Shown: positions 27,763 to 38,381, counted from the stretch's first letter. The stretch: DNA of 64,000 nt from an uncultured Bacteroidales bacterium (GCA_903837605.1 CAILVF010000043.1:12016-76015); one strand, 5' to 3'. Program-made: numbers and translations. Notes: generated by a model not told the origin, from the letters alone.

Positions 27763-30528
27763 TCATTTTTCTGCACAATGCAACCTGCATGAACCATAAG
27801 AAAACTCGCATGTGCATTTCCCAAGGGTTTTTTCAACAATGAGGTTTTGCTGCACCTTGTGAAGTTGTGATGAGCCTGTGGCCGGACTTCCGCTTGGCGG
27901 CCTGGCCACATAGGTCAGTTTAAGTTTCGGGAAATTGTGGACGATATAATTCAATGCACCCATATTGGCAGGTTCTTCCTGAACCCATTCAAAATGTTTG
28001 GCATTCGGATAGGAAGAAATTACTTTTTTCAGTTCCTCTTCGGGCAGGGGATAGAGCTGTTCGAGCCTGATGACGGCCACGTTATTGACCCCGAGCTGTT
28101 CCCTTTTCTCTATAATATCATAGAACACCTTCCCTGAACAGAATGCCAGCTTTGTGACCTTGTTTTTATCCACTCCCGTGTCGTCAAGAACTTCACTGAA
28201 TCCGCCATTGGTAAACCCGCTGATGGTGGAAACACAGCGGGGGTGCCTCAACAGGCTTTTCGGAGTGAACACCACAAGAGGTTTACGGAATTCCCTTACA
28301 AGCTGCCTCCTGAGCAGATGGAAGAAATTCGCAGGGGTAGTACAATTAGCGATCTGCCAGTTATAATGGCCCGAGAGGGTCAGAAAGCGTTCAAGCCTGG
28401 CGCTGGAGTGCTCAGGCCCCTGGCCTTCATAGCCATGGGGAAGGAACAGGACAAGACCGTTCATGACCTTCCACTTATCTTCAGCGCTGCTTAGATACTG
28501 GTCGATGATGACCTGGGTACCGTTATTAAAATCGCCGAACTGGGCTTCCCATATGGTTAATCCCCCGGGAGTGGCGAATGCAAACCCGTATTCGAATCCC
28601 AGCACCCCGTATTCCGACAGCAGGGAATTGTAAATCCTGAAAGAGGCCTGTCCCCTGCTGATATGATCAAGGGGAATGAACTTGTCCTCCGAGTCCTCAA
28701 CCGTAAGCACGGCATGCCGGTGTGAAAAGGTGCCCCGCTGGGAATCCTGCCCGCTGATGCGTATCGGGTGGCCTTCCCTGAGCAGGCTACCGTATGCAAG
28801 GAGCTCACCCATCGCCCAGTCAAGCCTGCCTTCGCCTTCAAGCATCGCTTTCCTGTCTTCCTGAAGTTTCACAATTTTACGGAAGAAATTAATGCCTTCG
28901 GGAAGGAATGTCAGCTTGTTGCCAATCTCCCTTAGAGTTGATTCCGGGATCGCAGTGACCGGAGAACTGGTGAAATCCCCGGGCAAGGCCCTGCGAATAT
29001 CCTTCCATAAGGGGCCGAGGAAAGGGGTAATATCTGCTTTTTCAATGGTTTTTGAGGACTGGAATGCCAGTTCAAGCGCTTCGTTGATACCGGTACGCAT
29101 TCCCTCTATATCGAAATTGCCGGCAGCCCCTTCTTCTTGAAGTTTCTCGATGTATATTTCGAGGGGGTCGGGATGTTTCTCAATGATTTTATACAGTATA
29201 GGCTGTGTAAACCGGGGTTCATCGCTTTCGTTATGCCCGTATTTGCGGTACCCGAGAAGGTCGATAAACACGTCCTTGTGAAACTGCTGACGGAATTCCA
29301 TCGCAAGCTGAACCGTGTAGACTACCGCTTCAACGTCATCTGAATTCACATGGAATACGGGCGACTGTATGGCTTTCGCCACGTCGGTACAGTAAACGCT
29401 GGACCTCCCGTCAAGATAATTGGTAGTGAACCCGATCTGGTTATTGATTACAAGGTGGATGGTCCCTCCGGTTTTATAAGCTTCAAGGTCGGCCATCTGG
29501 GTAATCTCGTAAACAATACCCTGGCCCGAGATCGAAGCATCGCCATGGATGAGTATGGTGACGACATTCGAATTATCACCTCCATAATTATGGTCGATCC
29601 GCCCGCGTGCGAGTCCTTCGGCAACAGGGTCGACGGCTTCAAGGTGTGAAGGGTTCGGACAAAGGGTAAGGCTGAGATCCTGACCGTTTGAGCCCGGAAC
29701 GATGGTGGAATAGCCAAGATGGTACTTGACATCGCCCAGGAGCTCGTCATCGCTGTATTCCTTTCCCTCGAATTCCGAAAAGATCTGTTTAAAGGGTTTC
29801 TGCATGATGTTGCCGAGAACATTCAGCCTCCCCCTGTGTGCCATGCCCAATATGAATTCTTTCACCCCGAGACCTGAGCCTTTCCTGATAACCGCATCAA
29901 GGGCAGGAATGAGGGATTCAACACCTTCGAGCGAGAAGCTTTTATGGCCGGGGAATTTCTTGTGGATGAACTTTTCCATCAGAACCGCTTCGGAAAGCTT
30001 TCGCAGAATAATGCTTTTCTCTTCAATTGAAAAGGAGGCTGCGTTCCTGGCCGGTTCCATTTTAGATATAAACCATTGAACGACCTCCGGCCTGCGGATA
30101 TAATAATATTCGATGCCTATCGATTCACAATAGGTTTTTTGAAGATGTTCAATGATATCGCTGAGTTTTGCATTACCAAGGCCAAGTTCTTTACCTGCCT
30201 GGAAATGTTTGATCAGGTCATCCTTGCCCAATCCGAAATTCTCAATATCAAGCGTGGGTGTATATTTACGCCTGGTCCGCACAGGGTTGGTCTTTGTAAA
30301 CAAATGGCCCCTCTGCCGGTAAGCGGCGATCAGGTTCATGACCTTGAACTCATTGGGATAAAGGAAAGCTTCGCCTTCCTCGGCTTTATAGTTCTTCTGG
30401 CAGAATTCGAAGCCTTCAAAAAATTTTCGCCATGATTCATCGACCGATGCGGGATCATTGCGGAATTTTTCGAAGAGTTCCTCGATGACTGAATTATCCA
30501 GCGTATTGAGATATGAGAATTGGTCCAT
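27763..30528 (-). CDS. sucA: 2-oxoglutarate dehydrogenase E1 component
   Basis: MDQFSYLN...ELFEKF N-terminus, GMAHRGRLNVL, IHGDASISGQGIVYE and LPHGYEGQGPEHSSARLERFL. Length 921 aa. Confidence 0.9.
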   Translation of the reverse strand: MDQFSYLNTLDNSVIEELFEKFRNDPASVDESWRKFFEGFEFCQKNYKAEEGEAFLYPNEFKVMNLIAAYRQRGHLFTKTNPVRTRRKYTPTLDIENFGLGKDDLIKHFQAGKELGLGNAKLSDIIEHLQKTYCESIGIEYYYIRRPEVVQWFISKMEPARNAASFSIEEKSIILRKLSEAVLMEKFIHKKFPGHKSFSLEGVESLIPALDAVIRKGSGLGVKEFILGMAHRGRLNVLGNIMQKPFKQIFSEFEGKEYSDDELLGDVKYHLGYSTIVPGSNGQDLSLTLCPNPSHLEAVDPVAEGLARGRIDHNYGGDNSNVVTILIHGDASISGQGIVYEITQMADLEAYKTGGTIHLVINNQIGFTTNYLDGRSSVYCTDVAKAIQSPVFHVNSDDVEAVVYTVQLAMEFRQQFHKDVFIDLLGYRKYGHNESDEPRFTQPILYKIIEKHPDPLEIYIEKLQEEGAAGNFDIEGMRTGINEALELAFQSSKTIEKADITPFLGPLWKDIRRALPGDFTSSPVTAIPESTLREIGNKLTFLPEGINFFRKIVKLQEDRKAMLEGEGRLDWAMGELLAYGSLLREGHPIRISGQDSQRGTFSHRHAVLTVEDSEDKFIPLDHISRGQASFRIYNSLLSEYGVLGFEYGFAFATPGGLTIWEAQFGDFNNGTQVIIDQYLSSAEDKWKVMNGLVLFLPHGYEGQGPEHSSARLERFLTLSGHYNWQIANCTTPANFFHLLRRQLVREFRKPLVVFTPKSLLRHPRCVSTISGFTNGGFSEVLDDTGVDKNKVTKLAFCSGKVFYDIIEKREQLGVNNVAVIRLEQLYPLPEEELKKVISSYPNAKHFEWVQEEPANMGALNYIVHNFPKLKLTYVARPPSGSPATGSSQLHKVQQNLIVEKTLGKCTCEFSYGSCRLHCAEK

Positions 30529-30529
30529 G

Positions 30530-32671
30530 TTATTTTTTTTGTTGTTTCCCGAAATTCTCCAGGGCCCCGTCGAGCCATTTTACAAATTCATCCACGTTGA
30601 GGTTATACGCACGGGGCTGGGCCAGCAGGTTGCCGGCGGTGTCGAGCAGCACGTAATATGGCTGGGAATTTATATTATATCTGGATATCTGGAGATCGGC
30701 ATAGATCTTGCCAATCGATTTCTTTACTTTGCCGTCGTATTTGCTTGTAACCCATTCATTTTCGGGGACTTCGGTTTTGTCATCCACATACAGGGCAGTC
30801 ACGATGAATTTCTCGCGCAGCCTTTGAAGGACCGGAGGCGCAGACCAGACGTTGGCTTCCATTTCGCGGCAGTTTACACAACCATGTCCGGTGAAGTCAA
30901 TAAACAATGGCTTGTTCATTTTTTTAGCGCAGGCGAGGCCCTGTTTATAATCGAAATACCCGTCGAGTCCATGGGGGAGCTTCAGGAAGTCACCGTATCT
31001 TGGTTTTTCACAAAGGGCGGATGTGGTGTTACCTCCGTTCCCGCTGCCTGAAAATGCTTTGACTTCTTCCCGTATGATCCGCGTGAGGTCGAAATCAAGA
31101 GAGGTTTCGGGAGGAAGATATCCCGATAAGGCTTTAAGAGGTGCGCCAAACATCCCGGGGACCATGTAGATCACGAACGAGAAGGTGATAATCGCCAGCA
31201 GCAGCCTGGGCACACTGATGAACGGGAGGTCGGAATCATGATTGAATTTAAGTTTTCCTAACAGGTAGAATCCCAGTAGTGTGAAAGTGATGATCCACAT
31301 GGCAAGATATACTTCCCTGTCAAGAATATGCCAATGGTACGTTTGGTCGGCAATGCTAAGGAATTTGAGGCCCAGGGCAATTTCAATGAACCCCAAAACA
31401 ACCTTGACCGAGTTCAGCCATCCGCCCGATTTAGGCAGGCCTGCAAGCCATGAAGGGAAGAAGGCGAATAAGCCGAAGGGCAGGGCAAATGCCAGCGAGA
31501 ATCCAAGCATCCCGATGATAGGTTTTATAATCTCACCGCTTGCCGATTGCACGAGGATGGCGCCTACTATAGGCCCTGTGCATGAGAACGAAACCAGCAC
31601 CAGGGTGAAGGCCATGAAGAAAGCGCCCGTATACCCGCCTTTATCGGCCTGCTTGTCGGCCTTGTTAACGAGCCAGCCTGGGAGAGTGATCTCGAACATC
31701 CCCAGGAATGAAGCTGCGAAGACCATGAAGATAAGGAAGAAAAAGACATTGGGTATCCAGTGGGTACTTAGGAAATTGGCGAAGTTGGCTCCCAGTGTAA
31801 CTGCAACAATAGTTCCGATGACGGTATAAATAACAATGATGGAAAGCCCGTAAACAATGGCCTGCATGCGTCCTTTGCGTTTGTTCTCACTTCCTTTCAT
31901 AAAAAAGGTCACTGTCATAGGGATCATGGGGAATACGCAGGGAGTGATGATGGCAGCCAGGCCGGCAAGAAAACTGATGAGGAAAAATACAAACAATGAT
32001 TTATTGGCTTCCGAACCGGCAGGGACGGTACTGATCTGGCTGATGTTTGCGCTGTCCTTCTTCGCACTGCAGCATGCTTTCCCAGTTTTGGATGTGTCGG
32101 TGACTGAGCCAGCCTTTTCAGCAGGCTGGGTTTGGGTTACCGCAGCCGCAACAGCCTGCTGTGCCGGGGTTATTTTCCCCGGCTGTCCTGCAGGTGGAAC
32201 TGCTGCTTCAGTAGTACCTTTTATGGCAAATTCGAATTCAACATCGGTGGGAGCTATACAGGAACGGTCGTTGCAGCACATGAAATACACATTGCCTCTG
32301 ATAGTAAAATCTTTTTTCCCAAGGACTTTTATTTTCTGTTTAAATACTGCTTTATCAGGGAAATAGGTAAGAACCATATTGTTCATCTGCGGGTCTTTTT
32401 CCTTAACACCTTTAGGCTCGGCAACTTTCCCGATCAGTTCATAGTCAGCACTTTTAGTAAAAGTGAACTCGGTTGGCACCGGCCCGTCGGGAATAACTTC
32501 CTGGGAATAAGTATGCCATCCTCTCTCTGCATTTGAGATTAGAAGCAGGGTGGCCTCGCCGGGTTTGTTCTGTTCAACTTTAAACGACCATTTAACCGGC
32601 TCGAGGATTTGTGAAGATAAATATAACGGCAGCAGGGCAAATACCAGGAGTAAGAAACGTGTGCTTTTCAT
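30530..32671 (-). CDS. dsbD: Thiol:disulfide interchange protein DsbD-like (N-domain, TM core, C-terminal thioredoxin)
   Basis: Start trimmed to MKSTRFLLLVFALLPLYLSSQ. TM Cys motif ITPCVFPMIPMTV and a second TM Cys in VSFSCTGPIVG. Thioredoxin motif DFTGHGCVNCREME. Confidence 0.75.
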   Translation of the reverse strand: MKSTRFLLLVFALLPLYLSSQILEPVKWSFKVEQNKPGEATLLLISNAERGWHTYSQEVIPDGPVPTEFTFTKSADYELIGKVAEPKGVKEKDPQMNNMVLTYFPDKAVFKQKIKVLGKKDFTIRGNVYFMCCNDRSCIAPTDVEFEFAIKGTTEAAVPPAGQPGKITPAQQAVAAAVTQTQPAEKAGSVTDTSKTGKACCSAKKDSANISQISTVPAGSEANKSLFVFFLISFLAGLAAIITPCVFPMIPMTVTFFMKGSENKRKGRMQAIVYGLSIIVIYTVIGTIVAVTLGANFANFLSTHWIPNVFFFLIFMVFAASFLGMFEITLPGWLVNKADKQADKGGYTGAFFMAFTLVLVSFSCTGPIVGAILVQSASGEIIKPIIGMLGFSLAFALPFGLFAFFPSWLAGLPKSGGWLNSVKVVLGFIEIALGLKFLSIADQTYHWHILDREVYLAMWIITFTLLGFYLLGKLKFNHDSDLPFISVPRLLLAIITFSFVIYMVPGMFGAPLKALSGYLPPETSLDFDLTRIIREEVKAFSGSGNGGNTTSALCEKPRYGDFLKLPHGLDGYFDYKQGLACAKKMNKPLFIDFTGHGCVNCREMEANVWSAPPVLQRLREKFIVTALYVDDKTEVPENEWVTSKYDGKVKKSIGKIYADLQISRYNINSQPYYVLLDTAGNLLAQPRAYNLNVDEFVKWLDGALENFGKQQKK

Positions 32672-32881
32672 GATTTCCGGATTCGGTTTGTTAGGGTGCA
32701 AAGGTAATTAAAAATCGTGATGGCATTATGATAATGAGGATTGAGTTCTTCATGCTGCAAACATCCCTGTCGTCAGGGGCCAGGCGTTTTTTTTTATTGT
32801 TTTGAATAATATTATTAATTTAGTAGTTGGAGGCAGCGGTAAGGGATGAGTTTCGTGCAATTTGTTTTAAAAACTTTGTAA

Positions 32882-34111
32882 ATGAAACCAGGGGATTTGA
32901 AGATATTCCGATGGATACGTCCTGATTTTTTTGTGGTCACTTTTCTGTTATTCGTTACCGTGGCCCTTACGGAAATTATTGCGTTGAACCTTACTTTTTT
33001 TGATCCCATTGAGAAAGCCCTGACCGACTTCAATTTCAGTGACCTGTTATACTCGAAACTCAGTTCGAAACAGGAGCTGCTCGACACCAACATTGTACTT
33101 GTTAACATAGGCCATCTCGACAGGCAGCAGATCGCTGCTCAAATTAAACGTATACGCAGCTATAATCCGAAAGTGATAGGGTTCGACGGCTTTTTTTCAG
33201 TTCGGCACGATTCAGCCTCCGATACAGCACTTGCTGATCAGCTGAGCCGGGGACGAAACCTGGCCATGGCCTGTTACCTTACAGGCCATGATGTTTCCGG
33301 TAAGAGTTTCGACAGCCTGGAAACCTCCGATCCTTACTTTAGAAGCGGCATCAGGGCCTTTATTAACCTGGGAGGGGCCAATCCGGAGACATCAACAATC
33401 AGAAGCTTCAGCCCCATGCAGGTATTCAGGGGAGACACCCTCTGGGCTATGGCTGCGGAAGTAGTAAGACAGTATGATCCTGCTGCTTTCCGCCGGCTGG
33501 AAGAGCGGGACAACCAACGGGAAATAATCAATTACATCGGCAACCGCAATGCCTTTATCAGCTATGACGCACAGGAAGTTCTTGACTCGGCATCAGATCT
33601 CAGTATGATCAGGGGCAAGATCGTCCTGATGGGATACCTCGGCTATTCATTCAGGCACCCCATCGATCTGGAGGATATATATTTTACACCGATGAACCCG
33701 GAACTGGCCGGGCGGTCGCGCCCCGACATGTATGGGCTGGTGATACATGCAAATGCAGCCAGTATGATACTGTCGGGAGATTATATCAATGTGATGCCTG
33801 TTTGGCTGCAGGTTATGCTTTCTTTCATGATCTGTTACCTGTATGTTCTTTTCTTTACATGGTTTAATTCCAGGTCACCTGATTTATTCGAGCTCCTGTT
33901 CCCGGGAATCCTGCTTGCAATAAATATCCTGCTGATCTATGCTTTCTTTATCCTTTACAAAACCTGCAACTATAGCATTCACGCTACTTATTTCCTGGTA
34001 CCGGTAATTTTTTACAAGATCTTCCTTACGTGGTATGAACGAACTTTTATTTTTGTAAGCCGTCACATAAAAGTGCATCGATATTTTTTACCTCCTAAAC
34101 CGAAGCCATGA
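32882..34111 (+). CDS. Stand-alone CHASE2 sensor-domain membrane protein (no output domain)
   Basis: N-terminal TM, then IVLVNIGHLDRQQIAAQIKRIRSYNPKVIGFDGFF (CHASE2 signature region), then three C-terminal TM helices. The protein ends about 25 aa after the last TM. Confidence 0.65.
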   Translation: MKPGDLKIFRWIRPDFFVVTFLLFVTVALTEIIALNLTFFDPIEKALTDFNFSDLLYSKLSSKQELLDTNIVLVNIGHLDRQQIAAQIKRIRSYNPKVIGFDGFFSVRHDSASDTALADQLSRGRNLAMACYLTGHDVSGKSFDSLETSDPYFRSGIRAFINLGGANPETSTIRSFSPMQVFRGDTLWAMAAEVVRQYDPAAFRRLEERDNQREIINYIGNRNAFISYDAQEVLDSASDLSMIRGKIVLMGYLGYSFRHPIDLEDIYFTPMNPELAGRSRPDMYGLVIHANAASMILSGDYINVMPVWLQVMLSFMICYLYVLFFTWFNSRSPDLFELLFPGILLAINILLIYAFFILYKTCNYSIHATYFLVPVIFYKIFLTWYERTFIFVSRHIKVHRYFLPPKPKP

Positions 34112-34902
34112 AAACAGTAATTATTTTTTTCCTTGTCTTTGTTATCCTGCCGTTCCGGTCCCTGGCGCAATGCGACGAATTCGTCATCTACCTTGCCAAA
34201 GGAGAAGTGAAAGTGCATTACGGATCCGTTGTTAAACCGGCTCAGAAAAACATGAAACTCAATGTCAGTTCAAGTCTTTCACTTGGCAAGGATGCCGGTT
34301 TGATACTGCTTAGCGGGAAAGACAAAGCCCTCCGTCTCACATCAGCTGGAAATTTCACTTATGCAGAGATCCGGTCGACCTGCATGAAAAACCAGTCTTC
34401 CCTTACAACCGAATATCTGAAGTATGTAGCAAAGTCTATCATTGACAATGGGGAGCCACTGACAGCCATGGTGATTAAAGGTGCAGTATACCGCAGCCGA
34501 ACCGAATATGAGAAAACGGCAATGATCCTGCCTGCAGATTCTTCTGTAGTGACTTCCGGCCAGGTGACATTTGCCTGGCACCCGGGAAATCCAGGTGAAG
34601 AACGCTACCTGCTTATCTATGAGAACGGGGTAACACAGGTTTATTCAAAAATGCTTTCCGATACAAGCATTGTCATTGACGCCGCCTTGTTTAAACCCCG
34701 GGTTATCTACTTCTGGCTTGTCAGCAGCACTGCTGAACCTTCCGACAAGGATCCCCGCTTTACTTTTATTCACGGAGAGGACGACTGGCAAAACAAAGTC
34801 CTTGACGAATGGGCTGCGACGATGAAAGAACTCGAAGGCCAGCTTGACGGATTGAAGCAGAAGATGAATGATAAAAAGAATGACGCAAAATCGCCACAGT
34901 GA
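34108..34902 (+). CDS. Secreted FecR-like domain protein with C-terminal coiled coil
   Basis: Signal peptide MKTVIIFFLVFVILPFRSLAQ. AKGEVKVHYGSVVKPAQKNMKLNVSSSLSLGKDAGLILLSGKDKALRLTSAGNF follows the FecR-domain pattern. The start overlaps the CHASE2 stop (ATGA). Confidence 0.45.
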   Translation: MKTVIIFFLVFVILPFRSLAQCDEFVIYLAKGEVKVHYGSVVKPAQKNMKLNVSSSLSLGKDAGLILLSGKDKALRLTSAGNFTYAEIRSTCMKNQSSLTTEYLKYVAKSIIDNGEPLTAMVIKGAVYRSRTEYEKTAMILPADSSVVTSGQVTFAWHPGNPGEERYLLIYENGVTQVYSKMLSDTSIVIDAALFKPRVIYFWLVSSTAEPSDKDPRFTFIHGEDDWQNKVLDEWAATMKELEGQLDGLKQKMNDKKNDAKSPQ

Positions 34903-34924
34903 AAGATCCTGATCCTTTCTTAGA

Positions 34925-36253
34925 TCAGACGGACAACACAGACCTGAATATCCTTGTCGTTTTCGCCGTGATCCTGAACCTCTGGTCAATACGATGACCT
35001 ATCACCCAGGCGATCTTCCCGCTGCTGCATAAGACATAAGTGTTTTCCTTGTCGGGCAAGGAAACCTTTTCATCTATCAGCAGGTCGCTGACCTTTTTCT
35101 TTCCTTTCATGCCATAAGGATGAAAGCTGTCGCCGGCCTGCCACCTCCTGATCTCCAGGGGGAAACTGAGTTTGTCATAATCAAGGCTGGCAAACTCCTT
35201 CCCGGCCGGTATCACGGTTTCTTTGAGGGGATCAGCGATAGTGAATTTCAGTTTCAATGGGGTTGAAATCCTTTTTGTGCCCGCCGATATCATCCTGCCG
35301 GGTTTCAGGCTATTCTGAACAAGAGGCTGGATGATAACAGTCTCCCTATCCCTGACGGCCCGGTGAGTAGGCGAAAGGAAAATTTTGCCGCTGATCCACC
35401 CCGAACCTGAAAGAATTCCTGATACCACATCCGGATTAAAGCCATATGGCGAGAGGATTTCCCAGGCATACAGATCAGGCTGTGGTAAACTTTGCAATGC
35501 CTTCAGATCAATTATAATCCTGCCCGGCTGAACAGTAACCAGCAGGGGAAGATTATTCCCGATCTCTTTTTTTCCTATCTCTTCCCATCCCCGAAGGATC
35601 TTTATCTCTGAAGTAAGTGTTCTCCTGAAATCGGGATTGATTTCTTCCAGCAGGGGGATTATTTTCAGGCGGATCTTGTTGCGCACATATTTCTCTTCCC
35701 TGTTGGAGCTGTCCTCCATATATTTAACATGGTTTTTACAGGAATAATCAGCAATATCCTTCCTTCCGGCAAACAGCATCGGCCTGATTACAAAACCCTG
35801 TTTCGGAAGAATGCCGTGCATGCCCGATATCCCGGTTCCGCGGACCATGTTTATCAGAAATGTCTCAACCTGGTCGTCGAGATGATGTGCAGTTGCAATA
35901 AATTTAAATTTTCCGGATTTGCGGATCTCTTCGAACCAGGTGTACCTTAACTCTCTTGCAGCCATCTGAACAGAGATCCTGTTCACTGAAGCATATTCAG
36001 AGGTCTCAAACCGCTTTGAGAAAAATGGGACCTTGTATCTCCGGGCTAATTGACGCGTAAAATCCTCTTCAGCATCGCTTTCCTGTCCTCTCAGGCTGAA
36101 ATTGCAGTGAGCTATCCCGAATAAAAATCCCGACCTGTGAAACAGTTCTGCCATAACAACTGAATCGATCCCGCCTGAAACAGCAAGAAGGATACGGTCT
36201 GTTGGTAAAAACAGGTTGTTCCCTGAGATAAAGGATTTAAACAGATCGATCAT
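34925..36253 (-). CDS. tilS: tRNA(Ile)-lysidine synthetase
   Basis: PP-loop LLAVSGGIDSVVM, HHLDDQVETFL, and C-terminal substrate-binding domain. Confidence 0.9.
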   Translation of the reverse strand: MIDLFKSFISGNNLFLPTDRILLAVSGGIDSVVMAELFHRSGFLFGIAHCNFSLRGQESDAEEDFTRQLARRYKVPFFSKRFETSEYASVNRISVQMAARELRYTWFEEIRKSGKFKFIATAHHLDDQVETFLINMVRGTGISGMHGILPKQGFVIRPMLFAGRKDIADYSCKNHVKYMEDSSNREEKYVRNKIRLKIIPLLEEINPDFRRTLTSEIKILRGWEEIGKKEIGNNLPLLVTVQPGRIIIDLKALQSLPQPDLYAWEILSPYGFNPDVVSGILSGSGWISGKIFLSPTHRAVRDRETVIIQPLVQNSLKPGRMISAGTKRISTPLKLKFTIADPLKETVIPAGKEFASLDYDKLSFPLEIRRWQAGDSFHPYGMKGKKKVSDLLIDEKVSLPDKENTYVLCSSGKIAWVIGHRIDQRFRITAKTTRIFRSVLSV

Positions 36254-36311
36254 TGCCTATCCTGAATTAAATTATCGACAAGAGATAAGGCAAAATTAAG
36301 GTAATAATCAC

Positions 36312-38381
36312 TTATTCCTTAATGAATTTTCCGGAGCCGCTTGTTCCGTTCAGCATGATCTTTACCATGTAAAGGCCCGGGCTCAGTGAGTTGATGTTGA
36401 TTTCGGTTTTATTATTATTAACCGCTTGCTTCAATACCGGCTGTCCCATCAGGTTATACACGGTACATGATCCGGCTTGTGAAGAAAGGGGAGATGCCGA
36501 TGGGATTTCAAGTACAATATGATCTTTTGCAGGATCCGGGCAAATGCGGAAACTGATTCCAGGCTTCTGTTCTGCGATCCCGACTCCGCCGTTTATAGTT
36601 TTTAAAACCGTTCCGTTTTCGCCTGCAGCATAACCGGTTTGAGTATCGCTGAAATAAATAAAATGCAAGTCGGAGCTGGTCACCGGCATGATGTTGAACC
36701 AGTTCTCCCCTCCGTCGGTTGTCTTAAGGATAGTACCGTTGGATCCGGCAGCAAAACCAATGGTTTTCCCGGGGAAACATATCGAAAACAGGTTGTTGGT
36801 CGTGGCGGAGAAAGCCTGAGTCCAGGTAAGCCCGGCATCGTCGGTGAAAAGGATCATTCCGGAGAATCCTGCGACGAATCCCGTATCTGCATTCATGAAG
36901 TAGACCGACATCAGGGGCAGGGTTGTTCCCGAAGTAAGTAGGCTCCAGTTCGCACCCCCGTCAGTGCTTAGCATAATGGTGCCATCATCTCCTGCAGCAT
37001 ATCCAGTATTGGCATCTGTAAAACAGCAGGAATAAAAGGAATCGGTCAGGCCTGTATATGTGGCGACCCAGGTTGCACCTGCGTTGGTTGTTTTCAGGAT
37101 TGTTCCTTCCTTACCCAGTGCAAATCCGTTATTGGCATCCAGGAAGTATACATAGTTAAGGTCATAGGTTATTCCCGAGCTGAGGGTGTCCCAGGAGCTG
37201 CCTCCATTGTATGTTTTTAAGATTTTTCCTTTAAGCCCGACGGCATAGCCGACATCCCCGCTGGTAAAGAAAATTGATGCCAAATCCCTGTCGGTGCCCG
37301 TATTCATCACTGACCAGGTAGTTCCGGCATCAACCGATTTGATTAAAGTGCCGTTAGCCCCGGCAAGTATGATGGTATTGGTAACAAGGTATTCTCCTGT
37401 TAAAAGATCCCGGCCGGTCACTGAAGTCAGGTTTGTCCATGTATCGCCTGCGTCGGAAGTCTGAATGATTGTCCCGATATTCCCAACGGAGAACCCTGTA
37501 TCGGGACCTGTGAAACATGTGGATGTTAAAAGATTTGATGATCCCGTATTCAGCAATATCCAATTATTGCCTGCATTTATTGTTTTAAGAATGCCGCCGT
37601 ACCCGGTGATATAGCCTGAGTTTTCATCAGTAAAACTGATGGACATCGGGAGAAAACTCTGATCCCAGCTCTGAAGTTTCCAGTCAGCTCCCCCGTTTAA
37701 GGTTTTCAGTATAATGCCGTCGGCAGCTAAAGGATAACTTCCGCCGGCAGCATAACCTGTATTGGCATCAGTAAAATAAACCGCTTTAAGGTTAGCCACA
37801 TTCCCGCTGATCTGGGGGACCCAGCTCTGGCCCCCGTCAAGGGTTTTCAGGATCACTCCCTTGTCCCCGGCAGCGAAGGCTGTATTTTTATCGATTATAA
37901 AAAGCGATCTCAGGTTCAAATCGGTGCCTGAAGGAAGCATCTGCCAGTGGGCCCCGCCGTCGGTCGTTTTAATGATCAGGCCAAGATCCCCGGCTGCAAA
38001 ACCGGTATCCGCATTAAGAAAGCAAACAGAATACAGGCTTTTATAGATGCCGGTGGAAAGGGCTGTCCAACTTGCTCCTTCATTGGATGTTTTTAAAATT
38101 GTCCCGAACAGGCCTACCGCGAATCCTTCCATTGCATCGGGAAAGGAAACAGACAGAAGGTTATTGGCTGTAACTACGGGCAGGCTGGTCCATGTGACCC
38201 CTCCGTTGACGGTTTTTACAATCGTCCCTCCGTTCCCGACAGCAAAACCCGTCTCCGGGCTGGTGAACGTGACGGAATTCAGGGTGTTTGACTGGGGTTT
38301 TGGATTAAGCCATTGCCAGTCCTGGGCTTCTGCCTGGTGCAAAACAAAGAGCAGTGACAGCAGAATTAAAACTTTTTTCAT
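36312..38381 (-). CDS. Ycf48/BNR-like multi-bladed beta-propeller protein with T9SS CTD
   Basis: Start trimmed to MKKVLILLSLLFVLHQAEAQ. At least 14 repeats of the pattern GTILKTxxGGxxW. C-terminal ...GLYMVKIMLNGTSGSGKFIKE sorting domain. Confidence 0.7.
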   Translation of the reverse strand: MKKVLILLSLLFVLHQAEAQDWQWLNPKPQSNTLNSVTFTSPETGFAVGNGGTIVKTVNGGVTWTSLPVVTANNLLSVSFPDAMEGFAVGLFGTILKTSNEGASWTALSTGIYKSLYSVCFLNADTGFAAGDLGLIIKTTDGGAHWQMLPSGTDLNLRSLFIIDKNTAFAAGDKGVILKTLDGGQSWVPQISGNVANLKAVYFTDANTGYAAGGSYPLAADGIILKTLNGGADWKLQSWDQSFLPMSISFTDENSGYITGYGGILKTINAGNNWILLNTGSSNLLTSTCFTGPDTGFSVGNIGTIIQTSDAGDTWTNLTSVTGRDLLTGEYLVTNTIILAGANGTLIKSVDAGTTWSVMNTGTDRDLASIFFTSGDVGYAVGLKGKILKTYNGGSSWDTLSSGITYDLNYVYFLDANNGFALGKEGTILKTTNAGATWVATYTGLTDSFYSCCFTDANTGYAAGDDGTIMLSTDGGANWSLLTSGTTLPLMSVYFMNADTGFVAGFSGMILFTDDAGLTWTQAFSATTNNLFSICFPGKTIGFAAGSNGTILKTTDGGENWFNIMPVTSSDLHFIYFSDTQTGYAAGENGTVLKTINGGVGIAEQKPGISFRICPDPAKDHIVLEIPSASPLSSQAGSCTVYNLMGQPVLKQAVNNNKTEININSLSPGLYMVKIMLNGTSGSGKFIKE

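Noticed and set aside
32765-32795. Hairpin CCCTG-TCGT-CAGGG followed (after 8 nt) by T9, preceded by a possible 25-aa ORF (MIMRIEFFMLQTSLSSGARRFFLLF), upstream of the CHASE2 gene. Could this be an orphan terminator, attenuator or sRNA?
   Set aside because: The stem is only 5 bp and is separated from the T-run. There is no upstream plus-strand gene or convincing promoter. The mini-ORF has no supporting features. The evidence is too weak to call.
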